Assembly: GCA_964412125.1 (NCBI GenBank)
Contig: CAYPNR010000005.1
Coordinates: 1 to 49,458, forward strand
Direction of reading: 5' to 3'
DNA length: 49,458 nucleotides
Source: an uncultured Planctomycetota bacterium
GTDB taxonomy: Bacteria > Planctomycetota > SKW154
A program made the translations under genes and the position numbers. The notes beneath the pieces are model-generated. The model was not told the DNA's origin, made no database searches, and was given only the letters and a program-made list of their open reading frames with translations. Positions 19,812 to 27,832 of this stretch are shown here, piece after piece. Numbering within the stretch: the stretch's first letter is position 1; every line of letters begins with the position of its first letter.

Positions 19812-20794
19812 TAAAGAGGCGGGGGGCGAGGAGCGGAAGTCGCGCGCCGCTTCACAAGTCGTTCTACCGACACGTACTCTGGGCGGGCGGCCGTCTTCTG
19901 CTGTCGCTGGCCGACGGCGCGCCGCTGCCGCTGTCGTCGTGGTTCTTCAGCCGCCTCTTCCTTTTGTGGTACTACGTCATACGCCGCCATCGACGCCTCG
20001 CCGAGAAGCAACTCGTCGAGCGGCTCGGCGTGGACGAGGAAGAGGCGCGCTCGGTGGTCCGGCGGATGTTCGTCAACCTCGGCCGCAACTTCGCCGAGTT
20101 CGTGACGCTGGGCGGCGCGACGCGGCGCGACGTCGAGCGGATGGTGGACGGCTCGACGTTTCTGCAGGCGGTGGACGCGCATCGCCGCGGCCGCGGCGTG
20201 GTGGTGGTCACCGGCCACATCGGCAACTGGGAGTTGCTGGGCGCCTACTCCGCGCTTCACTATCCCACCACCGTGATCGCGCGACGCATATATTTCCCGC
20301 GCTACCAGCAGGAGGTGGCGGCGCTGCGGCGGCGCTGCGGCATCCGCGTCGTCTACCAGGACGAGGGAATAAGACCGGCGCTGGAGGCGCTCAGACGAAA
20401 TCACGTCCTCGGCATCCTCGCCGATCAGGACCTGCGCGGCGTCAGCGGCGTTTACACGCGTTTCTTCGGCAGGGAGGCGTTCACCCCGGTGGCGCCGAGC
20501 GCGCTCGCGCAGGTCACCGGCGCTCCGCTCATAGTCGCCGCGCTCTTCCGTACGGGCCGTCTCTCGCACAGAATCGAGGTCGAAGGACCCTTTCCGCCGC
20601 CCGAGGCCGAAACCAAAGAGCACACGCGTCTGTTGCTGACGCAGGAGTGGACGAGCGCCCTGGAGAGACTGGTGCGTCGCCGTCCCGAACAATGGGCGTG
20701 GTTCCATCCCCGCTGGAGAACGCGACCGGAGAAGATCGACGCGCCGCGGATCAGCGACCTCCGGTCAGCACGAGAACCATCCTCGGCGAACTGA
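19808..20794 (+). CDS. Lipid A biosynthesis (LpxL/HtrB-family) lysophospholipid acyltransferase
   Basis: The ORF contains [10 protein letters not shown]...ILADQD...F.G..A.T....A.LA..TGAP...W.HPRW. TTG 19808 overlaps the hldC TGA. Confidence 0.75.
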   Translation: MIKRRGARSGSRAPLHKSFYRHVLWAGGRLLLSLADGAPLPLSSWFFSRLFLLWYYVIRRHRRLAEKQLVERLGVDEEEARSVVRRMFVNLGRNFAEFVTLGGATRRDVERMVDGSTFLQAVDAHRRGRGVVVVTGHIGNWELLGAYSALHYPTTVIARRIYFPRYQQEVAALRRRCGIRVVYQDEGIRPALEALRRNHVLGILADQDLRGVSGVYTRFFGREAFTPVAPSALAQVTGAPLIVAALFRTGRLSHRIEVEGPFPPPEAETKEHTRLLLTQEWTSALERLVRRRPEQWAWFHPRWRTRPEKIDAPRISDLRSAREPSSAN

Positions 20795-21269
20795 CCGTTC
20801 CGGAGCCGCCGTTCTCGGTGTCGTACTCGATTTTGGTGGCCGACAACTCCCGGACGACGAGTCCCGGAACCGTCCGCTCGAGCACGTACATGAAGCGGAC
20901 CAGCCGCGCCCACTCCACGCCGCCGCGCGAGTGCACCGTCACGCGTCGCGTGCGGGCGTTGTAGTTGATACCGGGGACGGTTTCGCCCACGATGTTGCGC
21001 CACTGTCTGCTCACCAGGCCGACGATCTCCTTTTGTTGTTCGCCTTCGTCTTCCACGACGCCGAAGTACTGCTTGTTCTCGGGGTTCTTTATCCGCGCCG
21101 TGAGTCTCTGAAACGCCTTGCTCTCGACGGTCGCCGCCTGCTCCCACTTGCGGCTCTCCACCACGAACCAGATCGCGAGGGCGGCCATGACGACGGTCGG
21201 CACGCTCATCAGGAGGATGTAGAGTTTCGCCGCCGAGACCTTGTCCTTGCTCTCCTCTTCGCTCACCAC
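20751..21269 (-). CDS. GspM/PilO-like bitopic T2SS assembly protein
   Basis: A single TM helix (LYILLMSVPTVVMAALAIWFVV) plus a periplasmic domain, located directly after the gspL-like gene. GTG 21269 follows GAGGAGA. The ORF-track start is TTG 21281. Confidence 0.55.
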   Translation of the reverse strand: MVSEEESKDKVSAAKLYILLMSVPTVVMAALAIWFVVESRKWEQAATVESKAFQRLTARIKNPENKQYFGVVEDEGEQQKEIVGLVSRQWRNIVGETVPGINYNARTRRVTVHSRGGVEWARLVRFMYVLERTVPGLVVRELSATKIEYDTENGGSGTVSSPRMVLVLTGGR

Positions 21270-21288
21270 GTCTCTCCTCAAACCTGCG

Positions 21289-22818
21289 TCACCGACCCGG
21301 CTTCTTCTTCGGCGGTCTGAGAGTCAGTTGTCTTGCGGTCTGTCCGAACTTGGGCGCCAGCGCCCTGTCGGTCAGTCGCTGCTTGAAGACTCTGCCGCGC
21401 GGCGTGCGGCCGGTCTCCATTATCCGCATCATGTCGTCGGCCGTCTTGTCGCTGTCGAACCAGACGGTGAGTCTGGAGCCCTCCGGTCGTATCTGAACCG
21501 AGTGGAGACGCATGGCGCCGCGCACGTCGCTCTGCAGATAGACCAGATCTTCGAGAATGTCGGTCACTCCGATCACCTCTCGTTCCATTTCGCCGGTCTT
21601 GCGGATCTCCAGGAGGCGCTCGAACGTTTCGAGATACTCGTTCACGGTGACGGCGCTGCGACGCGCCTTGGTCAGCGCGCGTTCGCCGGGGAACAGTTCC
21701 CTGAAGTATCTGTTCGCCTTGGCGCGCATGACCTGCACCTGACGATGGTCGCGCGTCGCTTTGAACTTGTAAGCGTAAGCGGCCAGCAGCGTCACGAAGA
21801 ACAGCAGCGTGACCAGACATGCGAGACCGCTTTTTATCTGCTCGAACGGCTTCTGGAACGCGAAGGGTCCGCGGCGCATGTCGAGTTTGAACTCGGCCTG
21901 GCCGAGGAGCCGCAGCGCCGCGCCCGCGGCCGCGACGCCGATCCTGTCGAGACGCGTCTTCTTCTCGTCGCTGAGACCCTCGCCCAGCGACTCCGACAGA
22001 CTGAACCGCTCCACAGGACAGGGAAGTTTCCGCGAGAGTTCCGCCAGGAGAAACTCCTCGCAGTCTCCCGCGGCGAGGAGGCCGGCGGGCGTGAACTCCA
22101 GACCGGCGCTGGCGATGGTGGTGCGGAGTTCCCTTACCAGTTTGGAGGCGCGACGCGAAGCGTCGCCGCGCGTCGACCGCATCGTTCGAATCTTGTTCAG
22201 TTCGCCGTCGTTGTGGAGGTAGAGGAGGACGGTTTCGCCGCAGAAGACGAGCGCCGCTTCGATGCCTTCCTCCCGCGGTTTGTAGCCGGCCGCCAGCAAC
22301 GCGTTGTACGCCGCGCCGACGTCCATGTCGAGCACGCGGGGATTGCAACCGGCGCGCGTCGCCTCCGACAGCGCCGCGCCCACCCGCTCGACCGGCATCG
22401 CCGTCAGAAACACGCGACTCTTTCCCTCCTCGCCTCCGAGACGGTGGAAGTCGATCAGATAGTCTTCCATCCTTCCGCCCGCGATCAGGCGTTCCGCCTC
22501 GAACGGTATCGTCCGTCGGATGTGGTCCGGCTTGGTGAACGGAACGACGACCTCGCGCATCAGTCCGTGCTTGGCCGGCAGGACCAGCGAGGCGGTTCGC
22601 GCGGGAAGACGCGAGAGGAGAGTCTTGAGCGCCCGCACGCGGGGCTCTTCGCGTTCCTCGTCCGACTCCTCGTCGTTTTCCCCGCCGCCGTCGACGGACT
22701 TGTCCTCCGGCACGGGCTCGATCTCCACGTTCCGGATCAGCGCTCGACGTCCGCGTCGAACCGCTTCGACGCCCACCATCAGTCCGTCGTGCGCCGCTAT
22801 GCCGAGAGCCGTTTCCAT
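21289..22818 (-). CDS. gspL: GspL-like (PilM-PilN fusion type) T2SS protein
   Basis: An actin-like cytoplasmic N-domain, a central TM helix (GLACLVTLLFFVTLLAAYAY) and a periplasmic C-domain. It lies between gspC/PilP-like and gspM-like genes. Confidence 0.65.
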   Translation of the reverse strand: METALGIAAHDGLMVGVEAVRRGRRALIRNVEIEPVPEDKSVDGGGENDEESDEEREEPRVRALKTLLSRLPARTASLVLPAKHGLMREVVVPFTKPDHIRRTIPFEAERLIAGGRMEDYLIDFHRLGGEEGKSRVFLTAMPVERVGAALSEATRAGCNPRVLDMDVGAAYNALLAAGYKPREEGIEAALVFCGETVLLYLHNDGELNKIRTMRSTRGDASRRASKLVRELRTTIASAGLEFTPAGLLAAGDCEEFLLAELSRKLPCPVERFSLSESLGEGLSDEKKTRLDRIGVAAAGAALRLLGQAEFKLDMRRGPFAFQKPFEQIKSGLACLVTLLFFVTLLAAYAYKFKATRDHRQVQVMRAKANRYFRELFPGERALTKARRSAVTVNEYLETFERLLEIRKTGEMEREVIGVTDILEDLVYLQSDVRGAMRLHSVQIRPEGSRLTVWFDSDKTADDMMRIMETGRTPRGRVFKQRLTDRALAPKFGQTARQLTLRPPKKKPGR

Positions 22819-22828
22819 CGTTCGGTCC

Positions 22829-23344
22829 TTATTGAAACCGCGGTTCCCATTTCACTATGCCTTCGCGCTTGTCCTCCGAGACGAAACGCAGGACGTAACG
22901 CTTGCCGCCGTCCTCCGCGCCGACCTCCGTCAGCGTCACCTTCTGCGGCTTTTCGTAGACGGTCTCGCCGACGCCGATGAAACGCGCGACGCCGTCCACC
23001 TCCGCCATCATGCCCGCCATCTTCGGCTTGCCTTCGCCGTAGAGAACGCCGTGCAACTTCACCTTCGCGAGAATCTCGTCCACCAGTTTGGGCACCTTCG
23101 GCTCCGCCGGCTCCGCGGGTTTGCTCACGTAGAGATGCGCGAGCATGGCGATGGCCTCGCGCATCCGGCGATCGACCGGCGCCTTCACGGTGGTCTGCGG
23201 CACGTAGTCCCGCGCGTCTATCACCTCCACCGCCCGCTCCTTGAAGAAGTCGCCCATGGGGTTGAAAAAGTAGATGCACATTCCGACCAGCGCCGCTATC
23301 AGCGAAAGGTTCAGCAACACTACCACCGCTCTTACTTTTCTCAT
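22829..23344 (-). CDS. GspC/PilP-like bitopic protein (HR-domain-like C-terminus)
   Basis: ATG 23344 overlaps the gspK stop (ATGA). It has an N-terminal TM helix, and the C-terminus KLHGVLYGEGKPKMAGMMAEVDG...VGETVY...VTLTEV resembles PilP / GspC HR domains. Confidence 0.5.
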   Translation of the reverse strand: MRKVRAVVVLLNLSLIAALVGMCIYFFNPMGDFFKERAVEVIDARDYVPQTTVKAPVDRRMREAIAMLAHLYVSKPAEPAEPKVPKLVDEILAKVKLHGVLYGEGKPKMAGMMAEVDGVARFIGVGETVYEKPQKVTLTEVGAEDGGKRYVLRFVSEDKREGIVKWEPRFQ

Positions 23345-24282
23345 CTTTCTTCCTCTTTCCAGACGACCGTTTCCGTGGCTCCGGGGAGCCGCCTGACTAT
23401 GGCCCGCACTCTCATCACGCAGCCGTTCGCCTCGGAGCGGATCCTCACCTGGAAGAAGGTCGAGACGGTCGTGAGCGCGGCCCTGAGTGTTCTGTCCCTG
23501 TTGAATACGTCCGCGCAGCCCGACACCTTCACCAGGTCGTTCGGCGTCTTGAAACTCTCCTCTTGACGATACTCTATTATATTGTCGGCCTTCTCCTCGT
23601 CTATGGCGCCGCTCATCGCCACCAGCACCTCCTTGGGCGCGGTGTTGATGTTTATCCTGCCGCTGCCCCACAACGTCAGAAACTCCCGCAGCCCTTTGTA
23701 CTCCTGCTCCGCTTCGGTGTCGATCCATCCGTAGTAGACGCGTTCGGTCACCTCCGGAACCAGCATGAGTTCCTCCAGCACCCTGGGCACGCGGTTCTCC
23801 GCGCCGTCCTCGTAGTCGCCTTTCTTGTCCTGATCGATCCAGTCCGTCACGGCCGGCGCTATCGTCTGATTGTCCGGATCGTCCTCCTCCAGTCCGAGAT
23901 ATGAGACGAGACGCGAGAGACCGTTTTTGGTGCGGGAGTAGAACTTGTTGGTCTGCTTGCTGAGATTGGCGAGATTGAAGAGACTTTCTGCGTCCACTAT
24001 CCGCATCTCCACGGTCGCGTCGCCGATCTTGAGGTCCTCCAGTTGCTCGCCGGTCGCCCAGCAGTCGCTGAGAGTGTCCAGCGTGTTTTCCTTGCCGTCC
24101 TTTTCTATGTAGGCGCGCGCGAGGTTGAGCGCGCCGCGGCAGGCGTAGTAGTTGATTCTCTGCGCCACGGTGTTTCTCGCCAGGCGGCGATCCACCCGCA
24201 CGGTCATGACGAACTGATAGACGACGACCACCAGGAAAGTGAGGAGGAACATGACCATCACGAGAGCGACACCCCGTCTCAA
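23341..24282 (-). CDS. gspK: T2SS minor pseudopilin GspK
   Basis: The ORF contains RRGVALVMVMFLLTFLVVVVY, then helix-hairpin-helix-like ININTAPKEVL and FFQVRIRSE. TTG 24282 overlaps the upstream TGA. The ORF-track start at 24384 would overlap the previous gene by 105 nt. Confidence 0.75.
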   Translation of the reverse strand: MRRGVALVMVMFLLTFLVVVVYQFVMTVRVDRRLARNTVAQRINYYACRGALNLARAYIEKDGKENTLDTLSDCWATGEQLEDLKIGDATVEMRIVDAESLFNLANLSKQTNKFYSRTKNGLSRLVSYLGLEEDDPDNQTIAPAVTDWIDQDKKGDYEDGAENRVPRVLEELMLVPEVTERVYYGWIDTEAEQEYKGLREFLTLWGSGRININTAPKEVLVAMSGAIDEEKADNIIEYRQEESFKTPNDLVKVSGCADVFNRDRTLRAALTTVSTFFQVRIRSEANGCVMRVRAIVRRLPGATETVVWKEEER

Positions 24283-24698
24283 GCCTCCGCGCTGGCGCGC
24301 CGGGCGTAGGAGAAGCAGTAGTGCTGGAGCGGATTTTTCTCCTTCGTGGCGCACGCCTTGCGAACCCTTGCGAGGGGGTAGCACGTCACTCCTCCTTGTC
24401 GCAACGAAAGGCCGCCGCGTTCCGGCTCGTAACGGTACTCGCCGCCGACCGCGCGCCGGAGAATCTCGGCGAAGTACGCTCCCAGCATGAGAACCAACTG
24501 CTCCGTCGGCGGTTTCTCGCGTATTTCACCGAGATACTCGTCCAGAAACTCCAGATCGTCCAGTTTGTAGCGGAGTTCCACGCCCTTCACTATCTTCATG
24601 CGCTTGCGGAACATCTCCGCGAGCGTCGCCACGTTTCTGATGTACTCCTCCGGAGAGGATCTTTCTGTCTTGCGGCGGATCCTCCTCCTTCCGGCCAT
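24279..24698 (-). CDS. Hypothetical cytoplasmic protein (139 aa), first gene of the T2SS-like sub-operon
   Basis: Protein-like K/E/L-rich composition with no TM helix or signal peptide. It has its own promoter and is coupled to gspK. I recognise no family. Confidence 0.55.
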   Translation of the reverse strand: MAGRRRIRRKTERSSPEEYIRNVATLAEMFRKRMKIVKGVELRYKLDDLEFLDEYLGEIREKPPTEQLVLMLGAYFAEILRRAVGGEYRYEPERGGLSLRQGGVTCYPLARVRKACATKEKNPLQHYCFSYARRASAEA

Positions 24699-24743
24699 TT
24701 TATATTACTCCGCGCGTTGTTCGTCGGTTCAGGACGGCCGCCG

Positions 24744-24772
24744 ATTTTACACGCCGCGGACCCTTGCGTCAA
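24744..24772 (-). promoter_or_regulatory. Sigma70-like promoter: TTGACG-N17-TAAAAT
   Basis: The minus-strand -35 box at 24772-24767 overlaps the RACo stop codon. The -10 box is at 24749-24744, about 45 nt upstream of ATG 24698. Confidence 0.5.
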
Positions 24773-26688
24773 GCCCTGCCCGGCGCGCAGACCGACGGGA
24801 ACTCCGACAGGTCGGTGTGCGGAATGAAATTCGCCCTGCCGAACTCCTCCATGAAATCGACGCTGGTCATCAGATCCACATAAGTCATGCGTCGCGAGAC
24901 GTCCAGCATGCAGCGGTAGGCGTCCTCCGACGACAGCGCCATACGCGCGCCCGTGACCGAGGTGTTGCCCGCGAAGACGATCCGTCCCGGATCCACGTCC
25001 GGAAGCATACCGACGGTGACCGCGCTGCGCACGTTGACGCAGTTTCCGAAGCCGCCGGCCAGGTAGAAACGCTCTATCACCTCCAGCGGCATTCCCAACT
25101 GACGCAGGAGCAGTTTGATCGCCGCGTAGACCGCCGCTTTCGAGCGCAGGAGATTCGCTATGTCGACCTCGTTGAGGGTTATGGCGCGACCCGAGGCCGA
25201 CTCCTTTTCGTCGGCGAGCACGAATTCGGCCACGTCGTCGACCACCGCCAGCCGCTCCGAGGTCGACTCGCGGTTGAACTTGCCGTTCCGACCGAGTACG
25301 CCCGCGCAGAAGAGTTGCGCTATGGTGTCGAGCAAGCCGCTGCCGCAGATGCCGCGCGGCCGGCCTCCGCCTATCACGTCGAGGATGATTTTCGGCGGCG
25401 CGCCGCTTGCGCGTTCCACGCGCACGGCCTCGACGGCGCCTTCGGCGGCGCGCATCCCGTGCTCGACGCCGCTTCCCTCGAACGCCGGTCCGGCGCTGCA
25501 GGAGCAGCAGGCCAGGAACTCCTTGTTGCCGAGCACCACCTCGCCGTTGGTGCCGATGTCCACGAACAGCATCACCTCCTCGGCTTCGTTCATGCCCACC
25601 GCCACCACGCCCGCGGTGATGTCGCTGCCGACGTACGCGGCCACGCCCGGCAGCGGATAGAGCACCGCTCGATTGTGAATCTCTATGCCCACCTGCGCGG
25701 CGCGGATCGGCGGTACTATGCTCGCCACCGGCACGAACGGCTCGCGCCGCAGCCGCGTCGGATCGAGGCCCAGCAGGAAATGTATCATCGCAGTGTTGCC
25801 CGCCGCCACCATCCCCATGACCTCGTCGGTTCGGCGGCCGTTCCTCTCGCATATCGTCGAGACCAGATCGTTTATGTCGGAGACGACGAGTCTCTGCATC
25901 AGGTCGAAGGCGTCGTTCTGCTCCGCGTATATGATCCGCGAAATGTAGTCCTCGCCGTAGGCCATCTGCGAGTTGTACTTCGCCTCCATGTCGATGGTGT
26001 GTCCGTCGCTTAAGTCCACCAGGTGCACCACCACGGTCGTCGTGCCCACGTCCACCGCCACGCCGAGGGCGTGCGCGGCCGTGTCGCACGGCTCGACGTC
26101 CATTATCTCGTAGGTGTTCAGACGCATTCCGACGGTGACCGTCACCTCGCCGCCGCATTCCCGGAGCACTCTTCCCATCTTCTGCATGATCCGGTAGCCC
26201 GCCTGCAACGGCATCTCGGAGCGGCCCAGTTTCTTGCGCAGCGCCGTCCGCAGTCGCTCGTAGTCGCCTATCGGCCGGTCCGTCTCCGCCTCCTCCACCG
26301 TCAGCGGGACTTTCTTGACGAGCGGGTCGTACTCGAACCTGTCCGCCATGGAGACGCCTGCGAACCGCACCGCCTCCTCGCCGGTCAGAATCTTGCCGCC
26401 GGTCAGTCTCGCCTCCTCCGGCACCTCCACCGTCAGGTCGGTGGCCGCTTCGCTCCGGCAGGCCAGTATCCAGCCTTCCTTCCGCTCGGCCTCGTCCAGT
26501 TCATACGCGGACGGCCGTTGCGAGACCTTGCCGGAGAGGATCCTCACGCGACACTTGCCGCAGACCCCTTCTCCGCCGCAGACGGAATTGATGTAGACTC
26601 CGCCGGCCTGCGCCGCCTCAAGTACGGTCTGACCGCGTTTGATCGTCACCTGCACTCCGGACGGCAGGAATTTCACACGACATGACAT
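24769..26688 (-). CDS. Corrinoid activation/regeneration protein (RACo/AcsV type: 2Fe-2S ferredoxin + ASKHA ATPase)
   Basis: N-terminal plant-type ferredoxin motif (CGGEGVCGKCRV...ACR). ASKHA motifs GVAVDVGTTT, VDIGTNGE and CSCSAGPAFEG are present. Confidence 0.85.
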   Translation of the reverse strand: MSCRVKFLPSGVQVTIKRGQTVLEAAQAGGVYINSVCGGEGVCGKCRVRILSGKVSQRPSAYELDEAERKEGWILACRSEAATDLTVEVPEEARLTGGKILTGEEAVRFAGVSMADRFEYDPLVKKVPLTVEEAETDRPIGDYERLRTALRKKLGRSEMPLQAGYRIMQKMGRVLRECGGEVTVTVGMRLNTYEIMDVEPCDTAAHALGVAVDVGTTTVVVHLVDLSDGHTIDMEAKYNSQMAYGEDYISRIIYAEQNDAFDLMQRLVVSDINDLVSTICERNGRRTDEVMGMVAAGNTAMIHFLLGLDPTRLRREPFVPVASIVPPIRAAQVGIEIHNRAVLYPLPGVAAYVGSDITAGVVAVGMNEAEEVMLFVDIGTNGEVVLGNKEFLACCSCSAGPAFEGSGVEHGMRAAEGAVEAVRVERASGAPPKIILDVIGGGRPRGICGSGLLDTIAQLFCAGVLGRNGKFNRESTSERLAVVDDVAEFVLADEKESASGRAITLNEVDIANLLRSKAAVYAAIKLLLRQLGMPLEVIERFYLAGGFGNCVNVRSAVTVGMLPDVDPGRIVFAGNTSVTGARMALSSEDAYRCMLDVSRRMTYVDLMTSVDFMEEFGRANFIPHTDLSEFPSVCAPGRA

Positions 26689-26720
26689 CTCTCCATCCTC
26701 CGGTGAGTTTCACGAAGCGT

Positions 26721-26749
26721 ATTCTACCCCTCGGCGCTTCCGTCCCCAA
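26721..26749 (-). promoter_or_regulatory. Sigma70-like promoter: TTGGGG-N17-TAGAAT
   Basis: Minus-strand -35 box at 26749-26744 and -10 box at 26726-26721. The RBS GGAGGA precedes ATG 26688. Confidence 0.4.
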
Positions 26750-26782
26750 ACCTTTTGCGCGGTCTCCGTCGGGAGCGAGGCG

Positions 26783-27760
26783 TCACGCCAGGGCGCGACG
26801 CGTCTTCGCGAGCGCCGCCGCGGCCTCTTTCAGCCTCTCGCCGTTCGCCACCGTTTGCGCCCATTTGCCGGGCACCGCTTCGATTCCGCGGTGGACTCCG
26901 GCGAAGGCGCCCGCGATCGCCGCGACCGAGTCCGAGTCGCCCGAGCCTTCCGCCGCGTCCGTCACGCAGCGCTTGTAGTTTCCGTCGGCGCGGATGAGGA
27001 AGTGCGTCGCCAGCGCCAGGGCGCTTTCCGCCGTCCAGCCCTCACCGAGCGTCAGGTGCGGCGCGTCGTGGTCGCCGCCCGCCTTCGAGATCGCACGTCC
27101 CACTTCATCCCAGCCGCGCTCGACGTACTCCCGTTCGATCTCCTCGGCCGGAATGCGGGAGCGGAGGAAGTCGCGCCAGTAACGTGAGCGGTCGATATGC
27201 TTCTCGGCGGCTTCGAGCAGTCGCGCTCGCAGGTCCGCGGGAGAGACGCCCTCGAGCAGCAGGCGGACCGCGTGCGCCGTGGCGACCGCGGCCGCCGGCG
27301 CCGTCGGATGCGCGTGCGTCGCGAACGCCTGGCCGAACGCGTACGCCTCCAGTCGCTCGTCGTCGCTCGCGAAAACGAGTCCGACGGGCGCGACCCGCAT
27401 GTTCGCGCCGCAGCCCTTCGAGAGTCTGCTCCCGGACAGGTGCCACGCCACGCCTTCTTCGAGTCGCCTGCAGCCCTTCATGCACGTCAGCCCCGGCGCG
27501 TATCTGTTCTCGTCCGACCTGGACCACGCCACGAACTTCGTCACGAGCGCCTCCATGAACGCGCCGAACTCCGTTCCCGCCTCGCTCAACGCGTCCGCCA
27601 CGCACAACGCCATCTGCGTGTCGTCGGTGTACGGCACGCTCTCGCCTTCCGGCCACGCCGCCGTCTTCGGTATGCCGCGGACGAACTCGATCGGATAGCC
27701 GAGCGCGTCGCCGCACGCCTGTCCGAACACCGCGCCTTCGATCCTCGCCGCCTGCTCCAT
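26783..27760 (-). CDS. ADP-ribosylglycohydrolase family protein
   Basis: The ORF contains GDALGYPIEF...YTDDTQM...GCGANMRVAP...GDSDSVAAIAGAFAG. Confidence 0.88.
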   Translation of the reverse strand: MEQAARIEGAVFGQACGDALGYPIEFVRGIPKTAAWPEGESVPYTDDTQMALCVADALSEAGTEFGAFMEALVTKFVAWSRSDENRYAPGLTCMKGCRRLEEGVAWHLSGSRLSKGCGANMRVAPVGLVFASDDERLEAYAFGQAFATHAHPTAPAAAVATAHAVRLLLEGVSPADLRARLLEAAEKHIDRSRYWRDFLRSRIPAEEIEREYVERGWDEVGRAISKAGGDHDAPHLTLGEGWTAESALALATHFLIRADGNYKRCVTDAAEGSGDSDSVAAIAGAFAGVHRGIEAVPGKWAQTVANGERLKEAAAALAKTRRALA

Positions 27761-27783
27761 GGTCGCGCCCTCCTCCTGCGGGA

Positions 27784-27812
27784 ATCGTAACGCCCCTCCG
27801 GAGCGGATTCAA
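27784..27812 (-). promoter_or_regulatory. Sigma70-like promoter: TTGAAT-N17-TACGAT
   Basis: Minus-strand -35 box at 27812-27807 and -10 box at 27789-27784. The RBS AGGAGGAGGG precedes ATG 27760. Confidence 0.4.
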
Positions 27813-27832
27813 TTCCGGCGGAGAGTCCCGCG

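Noticed and set aside
24596-26158. 520-aa minus-strand and 471-aa plus-strand (24598-26013) ORFs
   Set aside because: These are shadow frames of the RACo gene, with Arg/Gly/His-rich low complexity.
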